Below, in pieces: positions 8,689 through 16,287 of a stretch of 20,000 bases of DNA. Each line of letters begins with the position of its first letter. Within the stretch, counting starts at the first letter, position 1. The position numbers were made by a program, and so were the translations under genes. The stretch lies in the IMG/VR virus record IMGVR_UViG_3300025848_000036. One strand, given 5' to 3'. The notes below the pieces were generated by a model that was not told where the DNA came from, ran no database searches, and was given only the letters and a program-made list of their open reading frames with translations. This DNA comes from an uncultured virus (IMG/VR IMGVR_UViG_3300025848_000036). Taxonomy: Duplodnaviria > Heunggongvirae > Uroviricota > Caudoviricetes.

Positions 8689-8919
8689 TCAAATATGCCC
8701 ACACCCACAGCCACAGCAGTAATTACATACAGTATCGTAGGATTCACAGTGCTGATCTAGATCTATATCCTCACCACACCTAGTACAGTTAAACATTGTA
8801 CGTGGACAGTCTTCATAAGGGAATTCCTCCTGTTCCTCGCAGGTACAGAAACCAAACTTCTCAACCTGAGTCTCATGAGTTAGTTCTGCTAAATCAGACC
8901 AATACATAGTATCCATCAT
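8689..8919 (-). CDS. Cys-rich hypothetical protein
   Basis: Start probably MMDTMYW at 8919/8916, overlapping the upstream stop; many Cys residues. Confidence 0.65.
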   Translation of the reverse strand: MMDTMYWSDLAELTHETQVEKFGFCTCEEQEEFPYEDCPRTMFNCTRCGEDIDLDQHCESYDTVCNYCCGCGCGHI

Positions 8920-9080
8920 TCCCCCCAGTATCTTAGGATAGTTTTCATTGTCAAACATAAGTGGCAATCACAATCTCCACCATTCATGTTTTCTATAAAA
9001 TCAAAATGAGAGTAATTATCCTCATAAATAGTAGTAACGAGTTCGTCTATGGTATATGGCTTATAGGTTGTTTGGGTCAT
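8916..9080 (-). CDS. Hypothetical protein, 54 aa, leaderless (MTQTTYKPYTIDELV...DCDCHLC)
   Basis: Manually translated. TTGACA-17-TAAAAT (9087-9115) lies 6 nt upstream of the ATG. Confidence 0.65.
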   Translation of the reverse strand: MTQTTYKPYTIDELVTTIYEDNYSHFDFIENMNGGDCDCHLCLTMKTILRYWGE

Positions 9081-9221
9081 ACATTTATTTTACTGGAATC
9101 ATGGGGAATTGTCAAGCCCTTCTTAATACGTTCTTAATGAAAATGTAATTAAAATCACATCTCGGGGGCTTTTTGTTTTTTATTTTATGATCTGCAAATA
9201 AAAAAAATAAAATAAAAAAGT

Positions 9222-9249
9222 GAGCAGTTTTAATTCATGCTCAGGAATT
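9222..9249 (-). ncRNA. Repeated pseudoknot motif, copy 1
   Basis: AAUUC CU GAGCA U GAAUU AAAAC UGCUC. Confidence 0.7.
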
Positions 9250-9256
9250 TTTTTAA

Positions 9257-10276
9257 TTATGCAACTTGCATAACATTCTGCACAACTTTTAGCAGACGAT
9301 TTTTTTCTGCGTTAATTGATGCATCGAAGCCAGAAGCAGCAGCAAGGATTGATTCGTTATTGCCACCACGAGCAGAGCGATACCAGTCAAGGCGTTCAGT
9401 AAGAGCGTTAAATGCACCCCACGCATTACCAGCAATCATGCCATTGAATTCGCCAGTGTAAATATCATTGATAACATCAATTTTATTTTCCCACTTCTTC
9501 AATGCGCCCTTAGCATCTTTTTCAGGCTTTGGATAAGCAGCAAGAACAATATCGTTAAATTGCTTAGCATTAACTTCTTGCGAAATCATAGCGTGAGCCA
9601 TTTTATCGAATTCGTCCATGTATGCATTAGCAAGACCAAGAGTCTCACGAGCAATCTGCACTTTACCATTGGCAGTTTGTGTGTGGCGAATCTTGAAAGA
9701 TTGCTTAACGCCATTTTTCTTACGACCTACGCCACCAAGAGCAAGGTTAAGAGTATTAGCGCATACTACACGAACAGGTGTAATTGATGCCTGAATAGCG
9801 ATTGAGCCATCGTGTGATGTGTTGATGAGCAAATAAGTTTTTACTTTATCTGCAACACCATTTGGGTCTAGGATTGTCTCACGCTCAAGAGCAAGAGAGC
9901 CAAATACTACACGACCGCCACGAATAGCACCAGCAGTTTCCCAACGACCTCCGCCGTCTAGGATATTATCACCAAATGAAAATAAATCTTCATTTTGCAA
10001 TACATGATAACGCTCACCAACAACACCAAGAACATCAGTTTGTGATGAATCAGTAGGATTGGTACGAACAACATATTGATAAGATTTATCAGATGTTAAG
10101 TGAGATGGAATTTCCATATCTTCTAATCTAACATTCCAATTAGATAGATTAGCAGCATCTAGCATTTCGCTAGTAGTTTTTTCTTCAGTGAATACAGTGC
10201 CTAGACCATGCCAAGCAGGTTCACGGAATGATGCGAATGAAGCAACGCCATTTTGCGTTTCGAGTTCATGAGCCAT
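9257..10276 (-). CDS. DUF932 / phage-plasmid-like protein (TIGR03299 type)
   Basis: MAHEL...REPAWHGLG, VGERYHVLQNE, WETAGA, YLLINTSHDGS, TPVRVVCANTL, IRHT, AWGAFNALTE; GAAAGGA RBS before ATG 10276. Confidence 0.9.
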   Translation of the reverse strand: MAHELETQNGVASFASFREPAWHGLGTVFTEEKTTSEMLDAANLSNWNVRLEDMEIPSHLTSDKSYQYVVRTNPTDSSQTDVLGVVGERYHVLQNEDLFSFGDNILDGGGRWETAGAIRGGRVVFGSLALERETILDPNGVADKVKTYLLINTSHDGSIAIQASITPVRVVCANTLNLALGGVGRKKNGVKQSFKIRHTQTANGKVQIARETLGLANAYMDEFDKMAHAMISQEVNAKQFNDIVLAAYPKPEKDAKGALKKWENKIDVINDIYTGEFNGMIAGNAWGAFNALTERLDWYRSARGGNNESILAAASGFDASINAEKNRLLKVVQNVMQVA

Positions 10277-10301
10277 TTTTTTCCTTTCGATTGTTAATTT
10301 A

Positions 10302-10330
10302 AGTATAACAGGACAGGCTGACAAATGCAA
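10302..10330 (-). promoter_or_regulatory. Promoter with TGTCAG spacer element
   Basis: TTGCAT-17-TATACT with extended TG. Confidence 0.75.
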
Positions 10331-10457
10331 ATCGAGATAGTTAAACATGGGGCAAATCGGACATGTGGCTTAAATCACAGGATCTTAAGGCGTGTCGTAA
10401 CTTGACAAATCAAAGTTTTGCCCCCCGAGCATTTTTGCCAGGAATAGAATTGAGAAG

Positions 10458-10483
10458 GGGCCTTTTAAACTCGTGCCCAGGAG
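10458..10483 (-). ncRNA. Repeated pseudoknot motif, copy 2
   Basis: CUC CU GGGCA C GAG UUU AAAAG GCCC. Confidence 0.65.
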
Positions 10484-10484
10484 C

Positions 10485-10519
10485 GGTAGATCCTAAAGAA
10501 AGGATGAAAGGGACCTACC
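10485..10519 (-). other. RNA hairpin with anti-SD-like loop
   Basis: GGUAGGUCC / GGAUCUACC stem; loop CUUUCAUCCUUUCUUUA. Confidence 0.6.
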
Positions 10520-10526
10520 AGTTCTT

Positions 10527-10937
10527 TCAATAGTCAACATTGTCTACAGACGATGACACATGTGTGATTTTGTCAATGTCATATGTAATTGCATCAAAAT
10601 CAATATCGCTGATGATTGAATCTACGTCTTCGCCTGCAGGTACTTCTACGGTAATGTAGTAAGTAACGTTTACTTCAACTTCAACTTCCTTAGTAAGTTC
10701 GAATCCACAAATTTCTGCAATCTCTTCTGCATTGGTTTGGGAAATCTCACGTTGCTCTAGGGCCTCAATTGTCCATGTATGCATACCGTCACGAATTCCC
10801 TGCAGTTCACCACGTGTTGCATAGTCACGTTGTGTTACACGCTGCACGTGCTCCTCTAACTGCTGAATGCGTTCGTCCTTTTGAGCAATTTGAGACTTAA
10901 GATAGTCCTCAGTGGCATTAATCATTGTTTGGTCCAT
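10527..10937 (-). CDS. Hypothetical protein with N-terminal coiled coil
   Basis: ORF track; TAATG coupling with the upstream gene. Confidence 0.8.
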   Translation of the reverse strand: MDQTMINATEDYLKSQIAQKDERIQQLEEHVQRVTQRDYATRGELQGIRDGMHTWTIEALEQREISQTNAEEIAEICGFELTKEVEVEVNVTYYITVEVPAGEDVDSIISDIDFDAITYDIDKITHVSSSVDNVDY

Positions 10938-11200
10938 TATTCAATATCCTTTCCCATTGAATCCATTTCGTTAATTGTTTCAAGCATATCATTTAACTGC
11001 GCTTCTGTCAAACAAGCGTGTGTGACTAATGAGGCTGTTAGTGAAGCAAGATGAGCAGAGTAGTGAAACATTGCGTCAGAAAATTCTTCGTCAGTCATAT
11101 TTTCACGAGATGAAGAAATTGACTTAGCCATAATTAATGTGCTAAAATCTGTGACGGCACTTCCAGTAGCGTCTTGAATTGCGAGTGCGGTTGATATCAT
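10937..11200 (-). CDS. Hypothetical protein
   Basis: AAAGGG RBS; promoter TTGCAT-17-TATGAT at 11230-11258. Confidence 0.8.
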   Translation of the reverse strand: MISTALAIQDATGSAVTDFSTLIMAKSISSSRENMTDEEFSDAMFHYSAHLASLTASLVTHACLTEAQLNDMLETINEMDSMGKDIE

Positions 11201-11339
11201 TTTTTCCCTTTCTTTTGTACAATAATATAATCATAGCACTGGGGTCTGACAAATGCAACTTAATAGGCCCTCTTAAAATGTGATTTGGGCCACATCCTCG
11301 GGGGGTCCAAAATGTCCGAATTATTTACGCATAAATTAT

Positions 11340-11365
11340 GAGCCTTTTAGTGCCATGCTCAGGGC
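11340..11365 (-). ncRNA. Repeated pseudoknot motif, copy 3
   Basis: GCC CU GAGCA U GGC ACU AAAAG GCUC. Confidence 0.65.
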
Positions 11366-11370
11366 GTGTA

Positions 11371-11509
11371 TCGCAATTTAACGTTATGCGAGAACGATCT
11401 CACTAGGGGACTTTCGCAGAAGATCTGCCGTGAACGCAAGTGAGAAAACTAAGTGAGTTCTTACTTACGACATTGGGCGAGAACACTCACGAAACTGCCC
11501 CTGTTTCGT
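11371..11509 (-). ncRNA. Candidate multi-hairpin structured RNA
   Basis: Stems 11489-95/11503-09, 11453-61/11480-90, 11398-404/11439-45, 11416-20/11424-28 and 11371-75/11387-91. Confidence 0.5.
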
Positions 11510-11515
11510 TCGCAA

Positions 11516-11683
11516 TTAGTAAGTTTTTACCATTGCAAATCGCTGTTGTCCATTTGCTAAGCGCAACATAACACGAGTTACATTTTTGCTTTGTGGCACA
11601 AACTTTTCAATTCGTCCTGTAACACCTGTTTTGCTTGTTGTGAATAAATCACCAATTTGGTAAGTGTATCCGCCTAATGTCAT
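11516..11683 (-). CDS. Small SH3/KOW-like beta protein, paralog of 12315..12482
   Basis: TYQIGDLFTTSKTGVTGRI; GAAAGG RBS; promoter at 11721-11749. Confidence 0.75.
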   Translation of the reverse strand: MTLGGYTYQIGDLFTTSKTGVTGRIEKFVPQSKNVTRVMLRLANGQQRFAMVKTY

Positions 11684-11771
11684 TTTGGGTCTTGCCTTTC
11701 TGTTTTTGGGTCTTATTATTATTTTACTAGATTTTGGCAGGGAAGTCAAATACCCTCCCCTGCCTATCTAA

Positions 11772-12197
11772 TTACAAGTATCTAGCGATAGCGTTGTAGG
11801 TAGAAGTAGAAACTACTTCCTCATCTGTCATCTTGAGAATACGGATTGCGTTCTCAATTTCCTCTTTCATTTCATTGTAAGAGTGTTGGTGTAGAACCTC
11901 AAAATCACGCTGTGGTTCAGCAGGAAAATCTGCTTCATTACAGGTTAGGTCAAAATCTACATTGAGAGTTTTGTTCCAAGAACGATAGTTAGTGCGGAAG
12001 TTTTCTGCTTTTGCTATGTTAGCAACAGCAAACTTGCCAACTTCCTTACGCCACTTTTCTCTTGCCTTCTCATACTTTGCTTCGTTTTCTGATTGGTTAG
12101 CCCAACTCTTGTTGAGTTCTGCTAATTTAGTTTCTAAAGCCTTGATGACCTTAGTTGTAGCGATTTTCACGCTAATTGCTTTTTGGTTTCTAGCCAT
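11772..12197 (-). CDS. Phage hypothetical protein
   Basis: AGAAAGGA RBS; promoter TTGATT-17-TATGAT at 12237-12265. Confidence 0.85.
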   Translation of the reverse strand: MARNQKAISVKIATTKVIKALETKLAELNKSWANQSENEAKYEKAREKWRKEVGKFAVANIAKAENFRTNYRSWNKTLNVDFDLTCNEADFPAEPQRDFEVLHQHSYNEMKEEIENAIRILKMTDEEVVSTSTYNAIARYL

Positions 12198-12267
12198 TGG
12201 TATTTCCTTTCTTTTTGGGTTTTTGGGTCTTATGCTATCATAGCATTTCTACGATAGAAAATCAAGT

Positions 12268-12297
12268 GAGCAGTTTATCCTCCACTTGCTCAGGTGG
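12268..12297 (-). ncRNA. Repeated pseudoknot motif, copy 4
   Basis: CCAC CU GAGCA A GUGG AGGAU AAAC UGCUC. Confidence 0.7.
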
Positions 12298-12314
12298 CGT
12301 TAGCGTTTGCTAAA

Positions 12315-12482
12315 TTACTTTGCTGTCCAAGTTGTCCAGCGAGGTGTTCCAGCGACATCAAGTTTTACACGAACACTTTGTCCGTCTTTGTTTGGCTTGA
12401 TTTCTGTGATAGTGCCTGTTACCTTTGACTTCTGTGAAGTGTAGAGGTCGCCTACCTTGTAAGTTGCTGTTGCTACTGCCAT
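12315..12482 (-). CDS. Small SH3/KOW-like beta protein, paralog of 11516..11683
   Basis: TYKVGDLYTSQKSKVTGTI; AAAGGAG RBS; promoter at 12515-12543. Confidence 0.75.
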   Translation of the reverse strand: MAVATATYKVGDLYTSQKSKVTGTITEIKPNKDGQSVRVKLDVAGTPRWTTWTAK

Positions 12483-12656
12483 TTTCATTTCTCCTTTTTC
12501 TAGTTGATAATACAATTCTAACATTTTTTGAGATTTTTAGCAAATCCAAATCCACTATTTTTTGTGTGATTTAGACCACACGACAAATAGGGCAAAACGG
12601 ACATTATTGGTAGAGGAATAGGGCTATGAGTAATAGGATAAGTAATAAGGCTATTT

Positions 12657-13373
12657 TCACTTTTTACTCGCACTAAATACTATGTCTGCCTTGTTGAATA
12701 CGCATAGACTACATTTTACACACGCTGAGCCTTCTTTGTCAATTAGGGCAATTCGCTTAGCATTTTCAGGGCACTTAGCACCAGGCTTGCCAATCATTGC
12801 CTTTAAGTCTGCTTGACCTACCGCAAAATTTTTGGCAAGGTATGCAAGGCGTACTCCATTAGTTTTTAATTCTAAAGCAATTTCTTTATTCTCTTCATCA
12901 GTACTAAAATAGAGAGATAGATTAGAGATACCATTAAGAATTGTTGCTGCAGATCTAACACGAGTATAGACCCAGAATTGAACATCGCTATGAGTTTCGA
13001 TTACATCTTTCCATGCGTGTGCATAAGTATCATTAAAGAAATCACCGTCCCAGTGAATGCGGAATAGTTTAGGTGCGTCTTTCTTTTCACAATCACTTTT
13101 GAAATCAACAATCATCTCATTAAGCAGAGATACCATTGTTTCTTTATCTGCGTCTTTCAATAACTCCCAATTATGCAGGAGGACCGCTCTTACTCCCTTG
13201 TATACTCTTTCGAGTTTTCCTGCATAGCAAACGCTCTCACAAACTGAAGTGGCACCAGGACACGAGAAAGCCTTTCCAGCAGGCAATCCAAATGTGTTGG
13301 CAATTGTTGGGGTTTTTCCATTTTTTGAGACAGCATTAGTGACCTTCCTATCATTACTTCTTTTTAGTTTCAT
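12657..13373 (-). CDS. Phage gp88-like protein (radical-SAM-like Fe-S protein)
   Basis: FGLPAG...SCPGATSVCESVCYA, FRIHWDGDFF, FWVYTR, NLSLYFSTD, CP...CVKCSLC. Confidence 0.75.
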   Translation of the reverse strand: MKLKRSNDRKVTNAVSKNGKTPTIANTFGLPAGKAFSCPGATSVCESVCYAGKLERVYKGVRAVLLHNWELLKDADKETMVSLLNEMIVDFKSDCEKKDAPKLFRIHWDGDFFNDTYAHAWKDVIETHSDVQFWVYTRVRSAATILNGISNLSLYFSTDEENKEIALELKTNGVRLAYLAKNFAVGQADLKAMIGKPGAKCPENAKRIALIDKEGSACVKCSLCVFNKADIVFSASKK

Positions 13374-13522
13374 TTCTCATCCTTACTTTTATTTTCTAAT
13401 TCTATCATTTTTTTGTTATTTTGTCTAGTATAGTGTTTCTTACTCTTAACAAACGAGGCAGCATTAGACCTGCGTAATTCCATAAGGATACGCAATTGTT
13501 CAGGTGTCTTTTTTTGTCTCAT
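13370..13522 (-). CDS. Small basic protein, 50 aa, leaderless (MRQKKTPEQLRILMELRRSNAAS...)
   Basis: Manually translated. TTGCTT-17-TAAGAT 6 nt upstream; ATGA overlap with the gp88-like gene. Confidence 0.65.
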   Translation of the reverse strand: MRQKKTPEQLRILMELRRSNAASFVKSKKHYTRQNNKKMIELENKSKDEK

Positions 13523-13614
13523 AAAATAATCTTATCATAAAAATATCAGATAAGCAAATCATGGGAGGTTCTACTTAATCGTAACAAAACGGACATTTCG
13601 CCCCTCGGGGCTTT

Positions 13615-13845
13615 TTAGTCTTCTATATAAACATAGAAATCAAATTTTGCATCATCACTTACTTCAATTACCTCTAGTTCGCCATATTCATCTACATAAG
13701 AAATTGCATAACCATCTTTAAGTGAATTAATTTCTTTAACTTCACATACCATGCCATCAATACCAATTAAATCGTCAGGCATGAGTATATCAACACTGAA
13801 CACATCGACTTTTTTGAGATCCATATTCAATATTGTAGCAGTCAT
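13615..13845 (-). CDS. Hypothetical protein
   Basis: ORF track; ATGA overlap. Confidence 0.7.
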   Translation of the reverse strand: MTATILNMDLKKVDVFSVDILMPDDLIGIDGMVCEVKEINSLKDGYAISYVDEYGELEVIEVSDDAKFDFYVYIED

Positions 13846-14057
13846 TTTATTGCTACCTTGCCATTACGATAAAAAATCTTAGTGTGCATTTTGCCACTAG
13901 GTTCTGATAAGTTAATTGTGCGATACTCTACGGCATCTCCAAAGTCATTAAACTTCTGATAAGTTTCAACGGCAGTTAAAGCGTCGCTAAATCTACCAAC
14001 CCACTCAGGGCTAGTAGAATTATCATTAGTGCTAGTTACGGCATAAGTGTATTCCAT
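13842..14057 (-). CDS. Hypothetical protein
   Basis: ORF track; GAGGA RBS. Confidence 0.75.
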   Translation of the reverse strand: MEYTYAVTSTNDNSTSPEWVGRFSDALTAVETYQKFNDFGDAVEYRTINLSEPSGKMHTKIFYRNGKVAIK

Positions 14058-14058
14058 C

Positions 14059-14358
14059 TTAGTATTCCTCTCTTTCGATAATCCATGCGTCTAAGTGGTG
14101 AGCCTCAATAATAGCATGAGCAGGGGCAGTATTCAATCCACGCCATGACACGCCTTCAGGAAGTTCAATATCTGCGTCCCATAGTCCTAAATCATTTACT
14201 GCGTCAATAGCCTCAATACAAGGCTTGACCATAAACTTGGGCACTGGTGGATAGTGATTAGCAGATAAGTGGATACCAATCTGCGTTTCAATATCTAAGT
14301 GGATACCCAAATCCTCTAGTGTTCCGTCTGCCATTTCAGTTGCCATATTGCTTCCCAT
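14059..14358 (-). CDS. Phage hypothetical protein (HLSANHYPPVP...IIEAHHLDAW)
   Basis: ORF track; GGAGG RBS. Confidence 0.8.
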   Translation of the reverse strand: MGSNMATEMADGTLEDLGIHLDIETQIGIHLSANHYPPVPKFMVKPCIEAIDAVNDLGLWDADIELPEGVSWRGLNTAPAHAIIEAHHLDAWIIEREEY

Positions 14359-14654
14359 TAGTTAGCCTCCTGTGTAGTCCAAAGTTTATCCATTTCAGTA
14401 TAGTCTATCTCTGCGTTGTTAGCAAGGTAGCAGGTATAGCAATATAAAGCGTCCCAAGATACTTTATTCTCATTACAACCAATACAAGTTTCTTCCATCG
14501 CTACTTGATAGAAATCCTCATTAGTTAGGTGTTGAGGATTACAATCGCACCACTCAATATCAAAGTCCTCACCATTAGCCCAACCCTCATAGCCAAGCCC
14601 ATTACACATTTCGCAATTAGCAATCGCTTCAATCGCATTTTTCATTTTACTCAT
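14358..14654 (-). CDS. Cys-rich hypothetical protein (CEMCNG...CDCNP...CIGC...CYTC)
   Basis: Probable start 14654 after a GAGGA RBS; promoter at 14680-14701. Confidence 0.75.
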   Translation of the reverse strand: MSKMKNAIEAIANCEMCNGLGYEGWANGEDFDIEWCDCNPQHLTNEDFYQVAMEETCIGCNENKVSWDALYCYTCYLANNAEIDYTEMDKLWTTQEAN

Positions 14655-14703
14655 TTTTTCCTCTTTTCTTTCTAATTCAATCCTAGCAGTATGGTCTGAC
14701 ATT

Positions 14704-14919
14704 TTAGTAGTCCTCAACCCTCACGCTAACTGTTGCCCACTCATCTTTAAGTGAACCTGTTGGGCGGTATCTAATAGCAAAATCTAACCAACCCTCAGCA
14801 GGATAAGTATCCTCACGCTTCTCAGCATAGTTAATTATTCCGCCATTAAATCTGCGCTTCATTGAAGTTGGCGCATAGTATTGGTCAATTAGTAAATCAA
14901 CAATAGAATAACCTCTCAT
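14704..14919 (-). CDS. Hypothetical protein, distant paralog of 15765..15968
   Basis: YSIVDLL...GIINYAEK; AGAAAGGA RBS; promoter at 14951-14979. Confidence 0.75.
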   Translation of the reverse strand: MRGYSIVDLLIDQYYAPTSMKRRFNGGIINYAEKREDTYPAEGWLDFAIRYRPTGSLKDEWATVSVRVEDY

Positions 14920-15037
14920 TGTTTTTTCCTTTCTTTAGTTTCAGGCTTCCAGCCTATCATTTTTATTTTTAGAAATCAAATCGACACGCCGTAAATTACA
15001 TGCCCGTAATTCTGTGATCTTAAACACATACTTAAAG

Positions 15038-15058
15038 TTATACACAGCCTGTGGATAA
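15038..15058. promoter_or_regulatory. Inverted DnaA box pair
   Basis: TTATACACA-GCC-TGTGGATAA. Confidence 0.7.
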
Positions 15059-15086
15059 CCCCTCGGGCCATTTTAGTTGAAAGTTC

Positions 15087-15114
15087 AAGCAGTTTTAAAT
15101 CATGCTTAGGATTT
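15087..15114 (-). ncRNA. Repeated pseudoknot motif, copy 5
   Basis: AAAUC CU AAGCA U GAUUU AAAAC UGCUU. Confidence 0.7.
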
Positions 15115-15119
15115 TTATT

Positions 15120-15272
15120 TTACTTTTTTATTCTTTCAGTTCGCAAAGCAATTTGCAATCTGCGAATTTCTTTTTCAAGTTGAACATTACGATTCCAAAA
15201 TGCAATCATCATTCCAAGCGATCCAGCGAGTGCAATTACAATTGCGATTAGTGTTCCGTTATCTAGTATCAT
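15120..15272 (-). CDS. Small membrane protein, 50 aa (MILDNGTLIAIVIALAGSLGMMIAFW...)
   Basis: Manually translated. One TM segment plus a basic tail; ATGA overlap. Confidence 0.65.
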   Translation of the reverse strand: MILDNGTLIAIVIALAGSLGMMIAFWNRNVQLEKEIRRLQIALRTERIKK

Positions 15273-15379
15273 TTCTTTCCCATTCTCTTTTGTTCTCTAA
15301 TTGCTAGGTAGATACCAAAAAGAATTGGTGCCCATAGCATTATTTGTACGAGTGATGTTATTAGTCTATTCATTGTCAT
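15269..15379 (-). CDS. Small membrane protein, 36 aa (MTMNRLITSLVQIMLWAPILFGIYLAIREQK...)
   Basis: Manually translated. ATGA overlaps at both ends. Confidence 0.55.
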   Translation of the reverse strand: MTMNRLITSLVQIMLWAPILFGIYLAIREQKRMGKK

Positions 15380-15564
15380 ACTAGTAAATTCTCTCCATAT
15401 ACAGCCTGCAAGAATTTTTCTTCATTGAAATTAGGATTATCTTCTGCAAACATATCAACAAAATCTAAAACCATATATTTGAAATCTGAAATTTCAACAG
15501 GATTATTTTCATAGTAATCACGCAAAATTTTTGCTGTGGCTACATAGTCTTTTCTAGTCATCAT
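15376..15564 (-). CDS. Phage hypothetical protein (MTRKDY...DNPNFNEEKFLQA)
   Basis: ORF track; MTRKDY...F..DNP.F...KF pattern typical of small phage proteins. Confidence 0.8.
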   Translation of the reverse strand: MMTRKDYVATAKILRDYYENNPVEISDFKYMVLDFVDMFAEDNPNFNEEKFLQAVYGENLLV

Positions 15565-15746
15565 TAGAGTTTAGCCTTTCCAATAAGGCGACCTGAGATA
15601 CCTAACAAGTCGCAAGAAATTTTTACTGCGATACCTGCTGGCAATTTGTCAGGGTAGTTAGAAATAAAATCTGCTACCTGACCTTTAGTAGATAGATTGA
15701 CAATAGAGGTAGAACCATTGAAGGTTTCTAGTTTTACTTTATACAT
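15564..15746 (-). CDS. Hypothetical protein, paralog of 17818..17991
   Basis: VKISCDLLGISG versus VKITCDLVGIDG. Confidence 0.8.
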   Translation of the reverse strand: MYKVKLETFNGSTSIVNLSTKGQVADFISNYPDKLPAGIAVKISCDLLGISGRLIGKAKL

Positions 15747-15764
15747 TATTTTAGTTTTCCTTTC

Positions 15765-15968
15765 TTAGAGATTTTCTGTTTTTACTGCGATAGTGCGATA
15801 AGTATAACCGCCACCCTGCTTACGAATTTCTACAAGATAACTTTCGCAACCCTCATACCAAACTGCGTGAGGGTGTTTTTCTGCGTTGATAATTTCACCA
15901 ACTACTGAGCGAGAGTGGTAAGGCTTTCCTACAAGTAGGCTTTCAATTGAATAGACATTTGCTGACAT
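15765..15968 (-). CDS. Hypothetical protein
   Basis: GAAAGGAG RBS; promoter at 16012-16033. Confidence 0.8.
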   Translation of the reverse strand: MSANVYSIESLLVGKPYHSRSVVGEIINAEKHPHAVWYEGCESYLVEIRKQGGGYTYRTIAVKTENL

Positions 15969-16041
15969 TTAGTTCTCCTTTCAAGAGACTTTCATTTTTA
16001 CTGATAAGGCTATCCTATCAGAGGGGGCTGACATTTTGGCT

Positions 16042-16097
16042 ACTTATTTGCTAAGGCTCATTGTGATTTATCTCACACTTATTTGCTTAGGCTCATT
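16042..16097. repeat. 21-nt direct repeats flanking a perfect TGTGA-N6-TCACA box
   Basis: ACTTATTTGCTWAGGCTCATT at 16042-16062 and 16077-16097. Confidence 0.85.
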
Positions 16098-16194
16098 AGC
16101 CAATTTGTCCTTTATTTAGTTTTGATACTGAGTATCCTATCAGATATCCCTTGAAAAGTCAAGGCGACACGCCGTAGGCACTCTGTGATTTATA

Positions 16195-16287
16195 TCACTT
16201 ATGGATACAATCACTTTCAATCTCATGACCAAACTCTTCAACGAGTTCCTCATAGATTTCATCCATATAGTCTAGATAGTCTGACAT
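16195..16287 (-). CDS. Acidic peptide, 30 aa (MSDYLDYMDEIYEELVEEFGHEIESDCIHK)
   Basis: Strong RBS; promoter TTGACT-17-TAGTAT at 16336-16364. Confidence 0.6.
   Translation of the reverse strand: MSDYLDYMDEIYEELVEEFGHEIESDCIHK

Noticed and set aside
9222..15114. Pseudoknot motif as a known riboswitch or hammerhead ribozyme (preQ1, SAM-II, fluoride, CUGANGA core)
   Set aside because: It lacks their conserved ligand-binding or catalytic nucleotides and lies 3' of genes and upstream of the next promoter rather than in 5' UTRs.
16042..16097. Possible mini CRISPR array
   Set aside because: Only two 21-nt repeats, a 14-nt spacer that is the core of a CRP-like palindrome, and no cas genes.
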